Below are positions 8,771 to 16,527 of a DNA stretch of 28,948 bases, in pieces. Both the position numbers and the translations under genes were made by a program. The DNA is taken from IMG/VR virus record IMGVR_UViG_3300007541_000015. One strand, 5' to 3'. The DNA is from an uncultured virus (IMG/VR IMGVR_UViG_3300007541_000015). Lineage: Duplodnaviria; Heunggongvirae; Uroviricota; Caudoviricetes. How positions within the stretch are numbered: the first letter of the stretch is position 1; each line of letters begins with the position of its first letter. The notes beneath the pieces are model-generated. The model did no database searches. It was not told where the DNA came from and saw nothing but the letters and a program-made list of their open reading frames with translations.

Positions 8771-10265
8771 CAACCAACACCGCCACAGAAGTAGTAAGGA
8801 ATAACCTACCAATGGACATAGCAGCCAAGAAAGATTCACGCGCAACGCGAGCAGGGTCATAAACATTCTCCAATGTCCCAAACTCACCTGTAAGAGCGTT
8901 AAAGCCGCCATCATCGAAGGCGTTCATTGGCGATACATCAGTAACAAGCGAGTTTTGCATAAGCACCAAAAGAGGCGTGAGCAAAGCAGACCGAATAATT
9001 CGCTCGACTACGTTAGAGGCATCCAAAGAAAAGCCAATTTCTGCATAGGTCATACCGCCACCGAGAACAATTCCTTCAGCAAGAGCGGCGCGTGTTGCGT
9101 TTAGAGCATCATCAAGCCTTTCTTTTGTTTCACGCATTTCCATAGTTGAGGAAGCACCGACTTGAATTGTAGCGACACCACCCTTCAGGCGAGCAATACG
9201 CGATTTAATCCTGTTCTTATCGTAGCCCTTCATATCTTCAGCCAATGCTCGAAGAATAGCGATTCTGTCTTCAACATCTCCTTCACCACCAATGATAGTT
9301 GTGTATTCCTTGCCGACAATCAACCGTTCACATGAACCAAACTCATCAATAGAAACTAAGGATGCGTCGTCTTTGCTTTCGGAATTAAAGATTCGACCAC
9401 CAACCAATGATTGAAGGTCAGCCAATTCGTCAAGTTGAGCATCACCGAAGTTTGGTGAAAGAATGGCGGCTACCTGAACAGTCTTTTGAAGGATATTCAT
9501 AATCAAGTTGTTCATTGCTGAACCTTCTATTCCCTTACACATGATAAGGAGAGGTCGAGATTGATTAGCAGCAATTTCAAGCATAGGCATGAGGTCTTGG
9601 AAGTTCCTAAAGGCCAAGTTAGACATAAAGATTAGAGGATTCTCAAACTCACAAGTTCCGTTTTCGTTGTTAGCCATAAGATGACTCATATAACCTTCAT
9701 CGAGTCTAACACCTTCACGGAGAAGAAGACGTGTTTCGTGTGTTCGTCCTTCTTCAACTGTAATCACGCCATCTTTTCCTACTTTCTTCACCGCTTCAGT
9801 AATCAATTCAGCAACATGAGCGTCATTGTTAGAGGAAATGAAAGCAACTTCATAAACTTCATCTTCTTCAATCGGATTTGACTTCTCAAGAATTTGAGTT
9901 AGGACATAGGTTTGCACTTCGTCTAACTTCTTTTGAAATTCACGAATGTTTCGAATCTCATCATAAACTTCAAAGATACCTTTACAGATTTCTCTTGCTA
10001 GAATACACGCAGTTGTCGTTCCATCACCTGATTTATCTTGAGCCTGAGCCGCAAGATTTTGAACCATTTGAATACCCATTTGAACATACGGGTCTTCGTG
10101 AGAAACATACTTTGTGATAGTAACACCATCATTGATAATGACGGGCGGGTTTCCTTGCAAAATCGCTGTTTTGGCTTGTGGGCCAAGTGTAGGCGATACT
10201 GCATCAGCAACGATGTTAATACCTTTCATTAGTTTCTCTTTCACTTCAGTTTCATAAGTAATCAT
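8760..10265 (-). CDS. groEL: group I chaperonin GroEL-like
   Basis: TLGP, NDGVT, GDGTTTA, VGKDGVITVEE, RIARLKGGVA, KERLDDALNATRAA, GGG. Confidence 0.97.
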   Translation of the reverse strand: MITYETEVKEKLMKGINIVADAVSPTLGPQAKTAILQGNPPVIINDGVTITKYVSHEDPYVQMGIQMVQNLAAQAQDKSGDGTTTACILAREICKGIFEVYDEIRNIREFQKKLDEVQTYVLTQILEKSNPIEEDEVYEVAFISSNNDAHVAELITEAVKKVGKDGVITVEEGRTHETRLLLREGVRLDEGYMSHLMANNENGTCEFENPLIFMSNLAFRNFQDLMPMLEIAANQSRPLLIMCKGIEGSAMNNLIMNILQKTVQVAAILSPNFGDAQLDELADLQSLVGGRIFNSESKDDASLVSIDEFGSCERLIVGKEYTTIIGGEGDVEDRIAILRALAEDMKGYDKNRIKSRIARLKGGVATIQVGASSTMEMRETKERLDDALNATRAALAEGIVLGGGMTYAEIGFSLDASNVVERIIRSALLTPLLVLMQNSLVTDVSPMNAFDDGGFNALTGEFGTLENVYDPARVARESFLAAMSIGRLFLTTSVAVLVDGE

Positions 10266-10489
10266 TCTTCTTCCTCCTTAAAAACAAGGGATTCTAAAAT
10301 AGGGGTAAGTATAAAATCAAAAATAGCAACACCTATAATTACCCAACCAAGCCTAACAGTATTTAAAGTGATATGCTCAGTAGCGGAAAAGTCCGAATAT
10401 GCTTCTACAGAAAATTGACTATTAACGATAATAAAATATCCAATCAAAATTCTAGCAATTGCTTTTTTTAACCTAAAAATAAATTTCAA
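10262..10489 (-). CDS. small two-helix membrane protein
   Basis: Two hydrophobic stretches; TTGA/ATGA coupling at both ends. Confidence 0.55.
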   Translation of the reverse strand: MKFIFRLKKAIARILIGYFIIVNSQFSVEAYSDFSATEHITLNTVRLGWVIIGVAIFDFILTPILESLVFKEEEE

Positions 10490-10644
10490 ACTTCACACTC
10501 TCCTGTGTAATATCCTTCACCCTTATACGGAAGAGCCGTATAGATACAAAAACAACGCTCAGAACAGAACGATTGTGGACCTGTTGCTAAGTCTTCATAT
10601 ACAAACTTAGCAACAATATCGCAACAAGCACAAATAGTCTTCAT
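10486..10644 (-). CDS. 52-aa Cys-rich treble-clef/TRASH-like protein
   Basis: Hand translation MKTICACCD...SFCSERCF...ECEV; coupled at both ends. Confidence 0.65.
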   Translation of the reverse strand: MKTICACCDIVAKFVYEDLATGPQSFCSERCFCIYTALPYKGEGYYTGECEV

Positions 10645-10724
10645 TGTTTTCCCTCACAGTTACATGGCACAATTCTCCACCATTGGCCGCAGGATGAACA
10701 TTGAACAGGGATTGCTCCACACAT
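10641..10724 (-). CDS. 27-aa Cys-rich microprotein
   Basis: MCGAIPVQCSSCGQWWRIVPCNCEGKQ; TGATG overlap with the GroES stop, ATGA overlap with the next gene, GGTGA SD. Confidence 0.55.
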   Translation of the reverse strand: MCGAIPVQCSSCGQWWRIVPCNCEGKQ

Positions 10725-10954
10725 CAGTAATCACCTTCATCCAATACACAGAGAATATCTTCAGACGGAACAAACACAATATCACCACGCTGTTCATATT
10801 CCTTACGAGAAGAGAATAAAACAGTTTCACCAACAGAATTATTGAACTCTGTTGCCGCGAGGATTTTTCCGATATTAGCATGATTAGCGACGATGCCTGA
10901 TGAAGATTGACTCTTCAATAAGCGAATTACTACATACTTGCCAAATGGCCTCAC
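10724..10954 (-). CDS. groES: co-chaperonin GroES-like
   Basis: MRPFGKYVVI...SSSGIV...GKILA...VGETVLF...EDILCVL; upstream of groEL. Confidence 0.85.
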   Translation of the reverse strand: MRPFGKYVVIRLLKSQSSSGIVANHANIGKILAATEFNNSVGETVLFSSRKEYEQRGDIVFVPSEDILCVLDEGDY

Positions 10955-11334
10955 TCTTCTTCCTCCACATCATTTGTTGCAGCCTTTACCCAAGCCCGCT
11001 TTGTTGGAGTAACCCAAGTATAAACGTGAGTCTTATAAAACTCCGCCAACTTACGGTCGCGCTTTCCAGACTTAGCATCATTACGAGCATTACCGTGAAT
11101 ACGCATTTTTCCTGTGGACTTCTTAGGAATATCGTTTGGGTGGTTCCTTTGATGTTCAGCAAGACGTTCACGAACAAGAATCGGCATCACCGGCACAAGT
11201 TCTTGTGTTCCGTCTTTGTGGATTACAGTTTGAACCGCACAGTTTCTCCTTGTTACAGGAGGACCGGCAGGTTTACTATAATCAATGTTAAAACCAAACT
11301 TACTTTCCTGTTGCTTTCTTTCAAATTTCTTCAT
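10951..11334 (-). CDS. basic hypothetical protein
   Basis: 127-aa K/R-rich ORF, coupled at both ends. Confidence 0.65.
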   Translation of the reverse strand: MKKFERKQQESKFGFNIDYSKPAGPPVTRRNCAVQTVIHKDGTQELVPVMPILVRERLAEHQRNHPNDIPKKSTGKMRIHGNARNDAKSGKRDRKLAEFYKTHVYTWVTPTKRAWVKAATNDVEEEE

Positions 11335-11879
11335 TCTTCTTCAACTCCAATTACTTTCTTTACTAAGTTATAGTCCTCAGTTAGACTGACGTGAGTATAA
11401 ACCTCACCTTTTTCACCGGCCCAAATACCGATTTGATTATTACCCAAAACCTCAGCACGATTGAGATAAGGACGCCAAGTGTTGATTGTTCCCCAATCTG
11501 TTCCTGAAAAATATGCCGAGCCAAACGGGTGTGTGTGAATCCAACACTTAATCGGTAATTTCATACCGATAGGTGGTGCAGGAAAATCCACATAGCCCGG
11601 ATTACCGACAGACCAGAATAATTGGTTGTTTCCGTCAATAACCACTTGGACTTCGTTTCCACCGAATAGTCCTGTTGATAATTCCCAAATTGCTTCGTTT
11701 AGTTCAGAACAGAAAAATTCTGTGTCGTCTTCTGAACATTCCCTAAACGTTGATTGGAGAATAAAGTCTGCAATCTCCATTTCTTCCTCCCAAGCAGAAA
11801 CTTGAGAGTCATCACGAGAATCATCTTTAATCATATCAAACAGTCCTCGGCTCAATGCCCAATCTTTAATCTTTCCCAT
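11331..11879 (-). CDS. JAB/JAMM/MPN+ metalloprotease (Ubl-processing/deconjugase)
   Basis: NEVQVVI (Glu) and IHTHPFGSAYFSGTD match E...HxH-x7-S-x2-D. Confidence 0.85.
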   Translation of the reverse strand: MGKIKDWALSRGLFDMIKDDSRDDSQVSAWEEEMEIADFILQSTFRECSEDDTEFFCSELNEAIWELSTGLFGGNEVQVVIDGNNQLFWSVGNPGYVDFPAPPIGMKLPIKCWIHTHPFGSAYFSGTDWGTINTWRPYLNRAEVLGNNQIGIWAGEKGEVYTHVSLTEDYNLVKKVIGVEEE

Positions 11880-11880
11880 T

Positions 11881-12633
11881 TTATTCACTATCCTTGACTT
11901 CTTCAAAACGCACCCCATAGCGCGTCGAGAGGCGGTCTAAACGCTTCTGGACCCTTGCTGCCTTCCGTGCGATTCGGCGCATTCTGCGGCGTTCTCTACG
12001 GGTCATAGGGGCCTCATTGACGACTGATGCCTTCCGTGTTTCAATGATGCGAGCGGCCTCCATAAGCAGTTCAGAATGATAGGGTTCTGTAAGGTCGTTG
12101 ATTTGTTCAAGTCTCTTAGCAATCGCGTAATATGGACGCTGAAACTTCTCACGCGCCTCATCAACTGAAAGATTGTAAAAGTCAACAAGCACCATCAATT
12201 CGTCCTGATAGGACCAACGACAACGTGTGTTTGCGTATTCCTTTTCACTTTCTTCTAAGTCATTGAAATCAGACAATACGATTTTGGCTTCAACGGGTTC
12301 TTCTAGAAGAACAGTTTCAGTCGTTGCTGCAAGTTTTACCAATCTTCTGATTCCACTATCTGATGGGCGTTGTCCTTCAATTGCTTCAATTGCATCTGCA
12401 ATATCTTTATAGGACATTCCCTCTTTTTTACTTTCTAAGATGAAATTCTTATATTCATCAAGTTTTACATATCTTCTCTTCATAGTTTCACTTCCGTGGT
12501 TTTGGTAATCCATTTTAAGATTCATTACCGAGTATCTTACATTGAAGGTTAAATAGAGCAATCGAGAAATTTCTCCCCAATGCATCCCATTGTCTCTTCT
12601 AATTTTCACATACTGATAAATGTCATTGTTCAT
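11881..12633 (-). CDS. multi-HTH DNA-binding protein with Arg-rich tail
   Basis: Two related HTH-like units (RDNGMHWGEISRLL; KKEGMSYKDIADAI), a Myb-like RWSYQDEL...RPYYAIAKRL, start after GGAGGG. Confidence 0.6.
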   Translation of the reverse strand: MNNDIYQYVKIRRDNGMHWGEISRLLYLTFNVRYSVMNLKMDYQNHGSETMKRRYVKLDEYKNFILESKKEGMSYKDIADAIEAIEGQRPSDSGIRRLVKLAATTETVLLEEPVEAKIVLSDFNDLEESEKEYANTRCRWSYQDELMVLVDFYNLSVDEAREKFQRPYYAIAKRLEQINDLTEPYHSELLMEAARIIETRKASVVNEAPMTRRERRRMRRIARKAARVQKRLDRLSTRYGVRFEEVKDSE

Positions 12634-12736
12634 TTTGTTTCCCTCCAAAACGTTTGCAATGTGTGCATCTAGAATCTGGCTTATTTCTGCACATTCCTCT
12701 TCCACAGTTTCTGCAAAATCTTTTTTCGTTTTTCAT
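12623..12736 (-). CDS. 37-aa Zn-finger microprotein
   Basis: MKNEKRFCRNCGRGMCRNKPDSRCTHCKRFGGKQNEQ; GAGGCGA SD; directly after the E1 gene. Confidence 0.6.
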   Translation of the reverse strand: MKNEKRFCRNCGRGMCRNKPDSRCTHCKRFGGKQNEQ

Positions 12737-12745
12737 ATTATCGCC

Positions 12746-13300
12746 TCAAATATTAAATGTCATAAACGACTTGGTTTCTTCACCATTGAAATACTTCTGA
12801 ATCCATTGTGCGCCCGCTCCTGCAATCATTACGTTCATTAGATTCACTTCTGCTGCTGAACCGTCCCAATCTCCTGCTTGGCATGAAAAAGAACCTTCTG
12901 GGCCTGCGAGTAATGTGTCGTAAAGTGCTGGGTCTGCTTTGTTTGAGATAAGTGCAGCATTCCTACCCTGTGCGCGAAGGTCCAACCATTTAAAGGAGGT
13001 GTTGTAAAGGGTTCGCCTAACTCCAAGATTATCAACACAAGACACAACGAGGTCATAGCCTTCCATTTGTTTTTCAGTTAGAATAGGGTAGGGGCTTGCT
13101 TCAACATTGTTATGTTGGTCCCTCATACACAATGACTTATTATATCCAACGTGCAAAGGAAGATAATTCTGATAAAGTAGGTTCTTTTCTTCTACCTTAT
13201 CAGGGTCAGCCGATGTAATCGCATACGTTCCAAGTCTGTCTAAAAGCGGGATTAGAAAACTTCCAATGCCGCCTGCTCCAATTACTAAAATTTTCTTCAT
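12746..13300 (-). CDS. ThiF/MoeB/E1-family Ubl-activating adenylyltransferase
   Basis: ILVIGAGGIGS, DPDKVEEKNL, NK, DLVVSCVDN...R, WLD; candidate catalytic Cys in SFSCQ. Confidence 0.9.
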   Translation of the reverse strand: MKKILVIGAGGIGSFLIPLLDRLGTYAITSADPDKVEEKNLLYQNYLPLHVGYNKSLCMRDQHNNVEASPYPILTEKQMEGYDLVVSCVDNLGVRRTLYNTSFKWLDLRAQGRNAALISNKADPALYDTLLAGPEGSFSCQAGDWDGSAAEVNLMNVMIAGAGAQWIQKYFNGEETKSFMTFNI

Positions 13301-13651
13301 TCAAAATTCCTCCTTATGATATTCTTTTGTTAGATATTCTCCCTTTTCTAATCGTTCTAGTCTTTCCTTTTTATCCTCGAGAATAGGAGCATAAAACTCC
13401 GGATTAAAGATAACTCCATCCATCTCTTCTATTTGATAAAGTTGAGCATACCTATAAACTGTCCACCAATTATTTGTAATTGTTGAATTCTTATAAATCC
13501 ATCTTGCGATTGTGTCCAAAGAATACCCCTCGATATTTTTTTGGATTCTTTCAACTATACATTCTTCACAGTATTTGTGTGTATCTTCGCTAACATTAAT
13601 AAACAATCCATGTTTTCCACATGGGATATTAATTTCAATAGTTTCTTTCAT
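13301..13651 (-). CDS. hypothetical protein with CxxH...CxxC Zn site
   Basis: CGKHG...YCEEC. Confidence 0.6.
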   Translation of the reverse strand: MKETIEINIPCGKHGLFINVSEDTHKYCEECIVERIQKNIEGYSLDTIARWIYKNSTITNNWWTVYRYAQLYQIEEMDGVIFNPEFYAPILEDKKERLERLEKGEYLTKEYHKEEF

Positions 13652-13815
13652 TCGTCTTCCTCCTGAATTTCTAGTTCCATTGTTTCATGACATTTTGGGC
13701 AATAATACTCGGCTATTCCATATTCAATCAATACGGCATCAATACCATATCCTATCCAATCTTCAACAGGATATGAATCCACATATTTCCATTCATGTTC
13801 ACATTCATTTGTCAT
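13648..13815 (-). CDS. 55-aa Zn-ribbon protein
   Basis: Hand translation MTNECEHEW...YYCPKCHE...QEEDE; ATGA coupling at both ends. Confidence 0.65.
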   Translation of the reverse strand: MTNECEHEWKYVDSYPVEDWIGYGIDAVLIEYGIAEYYCPKCHETMELEIQEEDE

Positions 13816-14651
13816 AATAATTTCTCCAAATCTTTTCCAATTATTTCTTCGATTCTTTTAAGGCCAATCAAAGAAAGAAGCCTTCTGCCTGTGACTAATA
13901 TTCCATTAGACGATACATTTACTCCATCAGTATTAGCAATAGACTTAGAAGTAAATGGGTAGTTGTGAATCTTGGCAGTTAGAAACACAATCGCTGAGTT
14001 GTGTGTTTTTCGTTTATTTTCTAGAGATTGAACCATTACTTTCTCAAAGAATTCATATGTCTGCAAACAATGCCCCAAAAAAGCAGGGTCATTTGTCAAC
14101 AAAGTGCAGATTCTTTGAATCTCAAAAGAACCATCATCGTTTCGAATGACTACGTTTTGGTAAATCTTAGATATCTTTCTGACTAATTTTTTAACTAGTT
14201 TAGACTGAATATCAAACTCGCCACAAACAATATCAAGAGGAACAGGTGTTCTGTTTTCCTTTAGACAGAAATAAACAACTGCAGTTGCTCTTGTTTCTAA
14301 AGTTGCACCTCGAAAAATACCTTTAGAATATAAATCACGATATACCTGTTCCATTCTTTCATTCAAATCAAAGACAAGCCCAAGAGAATTAAACACCATA
14401 CGGACCATACGATATCCGTTTTCAAGTGTTCTCTCATGGGAAGTCGTTGAATGTCGTTGAGCAGAAGAACGAAAAGAAGTTACAGAACCAAGAGAATGGT
14501 CCTTTGTTCTGAAAGACCCATCGCTCATCTTGGCTGATACAGTTTCTTCAAACATTTCTTGGACTAAAACTAGTCCACAGTCTGAACAAACTCGCTCGCC
14601 AAGAATCTCATCGAAGGTATTCTCTCTTGAACCACATTCATCACACTTCAT
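13812..14651 (-). CDS. tfb: transcription initiation factor IIB (TFB)-like
   Basis: MKCDECGS...GERVCSDCGLVL Zn ribbon, LGS, and two cyclin-like repeats (RG...ATAVVYFCLKENRTPVPL; SAIVFLTAK...FTSKSIA). Confidence 0.9.
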   Translation of the reverse strand: MKCDECGSRENTFDEILGERVCSDCGLVLVQEMFEETVSAKMSDGSFRTKDHSLGSVTSFRSSAQRHSTTSHERTLENGYRMVRMVFNSLGLVFDLNERMEQVYRDLYSKGIFRGATLETRATAVVYFCLKENRTPVPLDIVCGEFDIQSKLVKKLVRKISKIYQNVVIRNDDGSFEIQRICTLLTNDPAFLGHCLQTYEFFEKVMVQSLENKRKTHNSAIVFLTAKIHNYPFTSKSIANTDGVNVSSNGILVTGRRLLSLIGLKRIEEIIGKDLEKLL

Positions 14652-15726
14652 CCCAATCAATCCTATATTCATTTGGTTTAGCATTCAAATAACTTGCAAT
14701 TGTGCTAACTCTAGATGTTGTCATGGTGTCGTTGATGAGGGCTAATGCTCTTGCTGCAAATTGGTCGCCAACGGAAGAGCCACGAGCCATATTATCAATA
14801 CAAATAGGACCCCGCCAATTTGCTTCTGTATCATCTCCTGATTTCGGTTGATAAACAAAGGTGCTAACATTTTGAATTTCATTCTTATATGTTCGCTCCG
14901 TTAGTTTCCAATCATATCCACGACCACGAACATACATAACTATTAGTTTATCTTCAATTCCCAATTTAATTTGGTCTGGATATTGCCTAGCCAAGTCATT
15001 CATCAATTCTTGCGCTCTTTGTTCAACAATGTCTTGCTGACGATTCTGCTTCAAAAACTCGGTCATAACCTTCAGGTCGGAAGGCGACGGTTCCCTACTC
15101 AGAAGACGGGAATATAAATCATACGGTGAGAGCATTTTCCAAGAACCACGGTTCTTACCATTGACGTAAGAATTAGCGAATGTATTCATGTCCTTGAAGG
15201 AAATTTCACCCCATACTCCATCACTAATCTCAATTGCAAGTAAATCATCACCAATTTGGGCGACCTGCAAACGCACTTGAATTTTAGTGAAGTTTTCATA
15301 AAAGAAGTATGGGAAACGATTTTCCAAAACATACCTTACATTCTCAGGCATATTCATGTAATTCATGAGAACCTTCATGAGTTCCATTTGGCTATCTGTA
15401 AAACAACTCTTATAGATAACTCTAGCAAGCGCGTTGCAGATTTGAGCCAAGTTTAGATATTGACCGTTAAGAGAATAACGATTCCCATTTTTACCGATAA
15501 TTATAGGTAATACCCCAATAGTCATTACTTGAGAAGAGCCACGCAACTTACTATATTTCCTAGAACCAAGAGTCTCCTTCAAATCTGAAACAATAGCATG
15601 ATGAATAGGGTCTTTGTGACTTCTATCAAAATGAATACGACTTGATATCTCACCCCACCCTTCAAGGTGAAGGTATGTTTGATAATAGTCGCTAAAATCA
15701 TGTTCTTTTGCAATTTTATATGTCAT
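14641..15726 (-). CDS. hypothetical protein; C-terminal domain is a candidate divergent E2/UBC-like fold
   Basis: 361 aa. The C-terminus has a helix, several strands, then GPICIDNM followed by helices. The CDS is solid; the E2 call is weak. Confidence 0.45.
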   Translation of the reverse strand: MTYKIAKEHDFSDYYQTYLHLEGWGEISSRIHFDRSHKDPIHHAIVSDLKETLGSRKYSKLRGSSQVMTIGVLPIIIGKNGNRYSLNGQYLNLAQICNALARVIYKSCFTDSQMELMKVLMNYMNMPENVRYVLENRFPYFFYENFTKIQVRLQVAQIGDDLLAIEISDGVWGEISFKDMNTFANSYVNGKNRGSWKMLSPYDLYSRLLSREPSPSDLKVMTEFLKQNRQQDIVEQRAQELMNDLARQYPDQIKLGIEDKLIVMYVRGRGYDWKLTERTYKNEIQNVSTFVYQPKSGDDTEANWRGPICIDNMARGSSVGDQFAARALALINDTMTTSRVSTIASYLNAKPNEYRIDWDEV

Positions 15727-15730
15727 AATA

Positions 15731-15898
15731 TCACATCAAATATGTATTTGTATCTTCTTTCATTGCACAATGTTCGTGCATTTCTATCTTAATTTCTTCT
15801 GCCATCAGAAGTTGTCCACCGCAAACACGACAACGTGTAGCGACTCTATTCTTGTAGCCTCTTGTGTTTTTAGTATATTCGGGGTCAAAGTCAGTCAT
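15731..15898 (-). CDS. 55-aa Zn-finger protein (CxxC...HxxC)
   Basis: Hand translation MTDFDPEY...RCRVCGG...MHEHCAM; ATGA coupling to the deaminase. Confidence 0.65.
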   Translation of the reverse strand: MTDFDPEYTKNTRGYKNRVATRCRVCGGQLLMAEEIKIEMHEHCAMKEDTNTYLM

Positions 15899-16215
15899 AC
15901 CATCACCTTATGATGCCCACTACGGGACGTATAATAAATCCTACGGATTCCCGCAGAACGTATTGCAACCATGCAATCATTACATGGTTTCGACATAGCC
16001 AAACCTGTGGGGGTATGGCGAACAACGTAAATATCTGCTCCTTCAGTTTTAGAAGCCTGTTTAATAGCATTGACTTCAGCATGACCATTTGGAGTATTAC
16101 TCGCAATAGAAAGAATTTTTCCGCCATGAACAATAACTGCACCTAACTTATAGATGTAGTCGCAATCTTTGGCTTTCTTTCGAGCGACTCCAAACATTCT
16201 AGTTCTTTTACACAT
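15895..16215 (-). CDS. Zn-dependent cytidine/dCMP deaminase-fold protein
   Basis: LGAVI, HAE, KPCNDC, GIRRIYYT; GAGGT SD before MCKRT. Confidence 0.88.
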   Translation of the reverse strand: MCKRTRMFGVARKKAKDCDYIYKLGAVIVHGGKILSIASNTPNGHAEVNAIKQASKTEGADIYVVRHTPTGLAMSKPCNDCMVAIRSAGIRRIYYTSRSGHHKVMV

Positions 16216-16517
16216 TCTAAAACCTCGCACAATTCACATTTTGATTTGCAATTTTTATCATGATACTTGTAGGCTTCATTGATTTCGACAATCTTACGTC
16301 GAATGAAAGTATGAAAGCCTTCATCAATAGCAGTTTTATTTTTCCACAACTCACGCTCAAGAGATTTCCAAACTCTATAAATTTGGTCTTTCTCATCAGA
16401 GTATTCTTTACTCGCATTAAATGCAACCAACAATTTCTTTTTTGAATAGGGCAACTCGCCCTGTTTGATTAACGATAAAATAACTAGTTGCATCTCTTCC
16501 ATAGAAGAGAACAACAT
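16143..16517 (-). CDS. hypothetical protein
   Basis: Start MLFSS after GAGGTGA; C-terminal HDKNC...CELC; tail overlaps the deaminase. Confidence 0.6.
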   Translation of the reverse strand: MLFSSMEEMQLVILSLIKQGELPYSKKKLLVAFNASKEYSDEKDQIYRVWKSLERELWKNKTAIDEGFHTFIRRKIVEINEAYKYHDKNCKSKCELCEVLECVKELECLESLERKPKIATTSIS

Positions 16518-16527
16518 GATTATCACC

